A DNA stretch of 64,000 nt from Utricularia gibba. Its lineage: Eukaryota > Plantae > Magnoliophyta. Under the pieces are notes generated by a model. The model worked only from the letters and a program-made list of their open reading frames with translations, did no database searches and was not told the DNA's origin. Shown piece by piece: positions 62,401-64,000 of the stretch. The stretch is from the NCBI GenBank assembly GCA_002189035.1, contig CM007991.1, positions 4,712,001-4,776,000 on the forward strand, given 5' to 3'. The position numbers and the translations under genes are program-made. How positions within the stretch are numbered: the first letter of the stretch is position 1; every line of letters starts with the position of its first letter.

Positions 62401-63150
62401 CATTCCTCGTAATCTAGAAATAAAAAAGATTACTAATTGAATTATATCATTACATAACAAAGAGTGCTAAAAATATGACTTATTATTTGATTGATAGACT
62501 TCTGTGCTTGCCAATGTTCTTCCAACTTCTATAAGTAGTATTGCACATGCATTTTCAACTTTGAAGATTATCAACACAAGATTACATAGTAAAATGAGAA
62601 ATGACTTTATAACATATAATTTATTGATTTACATTGAACGTAAAATTAGATAAAAAAATATAGTTATGATGATGTTATTCATGAATTTCAGAATACGAAG
62701 AAACATGGATTGAATTTATAAAATGTAAATATTTAATATATATAATTGTCCAGTCCAATTTGCCCCTGCATAGGAAGTAGCCTAATTAGTTGGTGATCAA
62801 AACCACAAAGCATAACAGGAGCTCAAGGGAGGTAAAATATCGAGCACTGTCTACCACATTTTGTAAAGTCACAAGGATATCTAATTTATTAAGAGATTTT
62901 GAACTCAAAAAGAAAGGGAGACACATGCGTATACTGTGATAATAAGTCAATCACCTTATTATTCATGAGAGAAGCACTTGGACATTGATTGATATTATAT
63001 GTAAGAAAAGGAAGAAGAAGGAGCAGTACAAGTAATGTATCAACTCAAGATCAACTAGCAAACATTATGATTGATGGTTTTGGAATAATACAATACTACT
63101 ATTTGCTGAGCAAATTGAGCATGATAAAATGTATTAACTTGAGAAATATT
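59500..63150 (+). pseudogene. Degenerate Ale-like copia pol (IN, RT, RNase H), interrupted at 62030-62768
   Basis: GHPS (~59885), SIVNDDSRVTWVYLMRIKNEAF (IN), MQSELYALELNETW (RT), RAYYDSD and GSSLISW (RNase H). Confidence 0.7.
62030..62768. mobile_element. AT-rich 739-bp insertion flanked by CATAG, possible non-autonomous DNA transposon remnant
   Basis: CATAG at 62025-62029 and 62769-62773; removing it restores the GFCI.IGSSLISW motif seen intact at ~37200; right end gcccctg. Confidence 0.55.
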
Positions 63151-64000
63151 CTTTATGGTGACAACACTGAACAACCAAGTCGGCTGAACTGATTTTGAGA
63201 GGCCCCTTGAATCTTCTACTAACCAATTTTTTGGTTTAATTCATTTTTTTTCTATAATTTTTTGAATTGATAGTAATTTGCTTGTTAAAACCCAATAAAC
63301 TTATTTAAAACCTTAGATTCAGACTAAAACTTAGATGATTCTATGCAATAAAAAATAAAAAATTATGCCAAAGATTCTTGAGTAAGAATGAAGGACTTGT
63401 CACATATTCCATGAATTATACAAATATGAGAGTAATTTTGTAAGTATACCAAAACTTTCAAAATAATAAATAAAACAGTCTCAATAGTGAATTGATGTTT
63501 TCGAATTTTTCTGGATTTATAAACAAACAACACTAAAATGAAAACAATATTAAATAGAGGCTTTGGATTAAAGTTCCATCATGCAGAACCTTGGTTGTGT
63601 ATATTCATGTGTGAACTTCAAAAAATGACTCATTTGCTCCAGTTATGGAAGTGTTATTGCAGAGGTATATTATTCGATAATTATCATAGCATCATTCCTT
63701 GTTTTGTAACTAGTGTTTACCTTACATTCGATCCTAATCCATACAATTCATGCACCCACATAGAGATTAGGCTAAATATGCATTGATAACAATGTTCAAT
63801 TGATCCCTTCTTCTTAGACACTTGAGACCAATTTGGGATTCCGAATTCTCTTAGAATTTTGTGGTAATTGACAACAGGTTGGTAAATAAATAATACAAAA
63901 AATATAGTATTTAGGTCCATATATACAAGTGTTTAAGCAAGTAAAACAAATTAAATGTGGAACAATATAGTAAAACAATCATATGCAAATGTTTAAGCAA

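Overview
Plant nuclear DNA with no intact host gene; it looks (peri)centromeric. From 1 to ~37 kb there is a dense nest of decayed LTR retrotransposons: two CRM-clade Ty3/gypsy elements (CR motif GP(I/M)TRS encoded in the LTR), two Athila-like elements, Tekay-like pol fragments, and a short-LTR (~325 bp) Ty1/copia family (Ivana/Oryco-like) with at least four independent integration junctions. This half also holds an inverted duplication, a ~533-bp-monomer tandem array (~4 units) and a 310-bp inverted repeat of RT/RNase H sequence. From 37 to 64 kb the DNA is older and more AT-rich. It contains a ~2.2-kb foldback whose centre is built from amplified, alternately oriented fragments of a PLS-class PPR gene (best candidate for something new). 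It also contains a scrambled mosaic of short, strongly diverged plastid fragments (rps14, ycf2, rps3, matK, several accD), four TSD-flanked solo LTRs and degenerate copia/gypsy remnants. All family and gene assignments come from motif recognition by eye, with no database search. Coordinates were counted by hand: TSD, PBS and LTR ends should be within a few bp, while ends of degenerate remnants are approximate.
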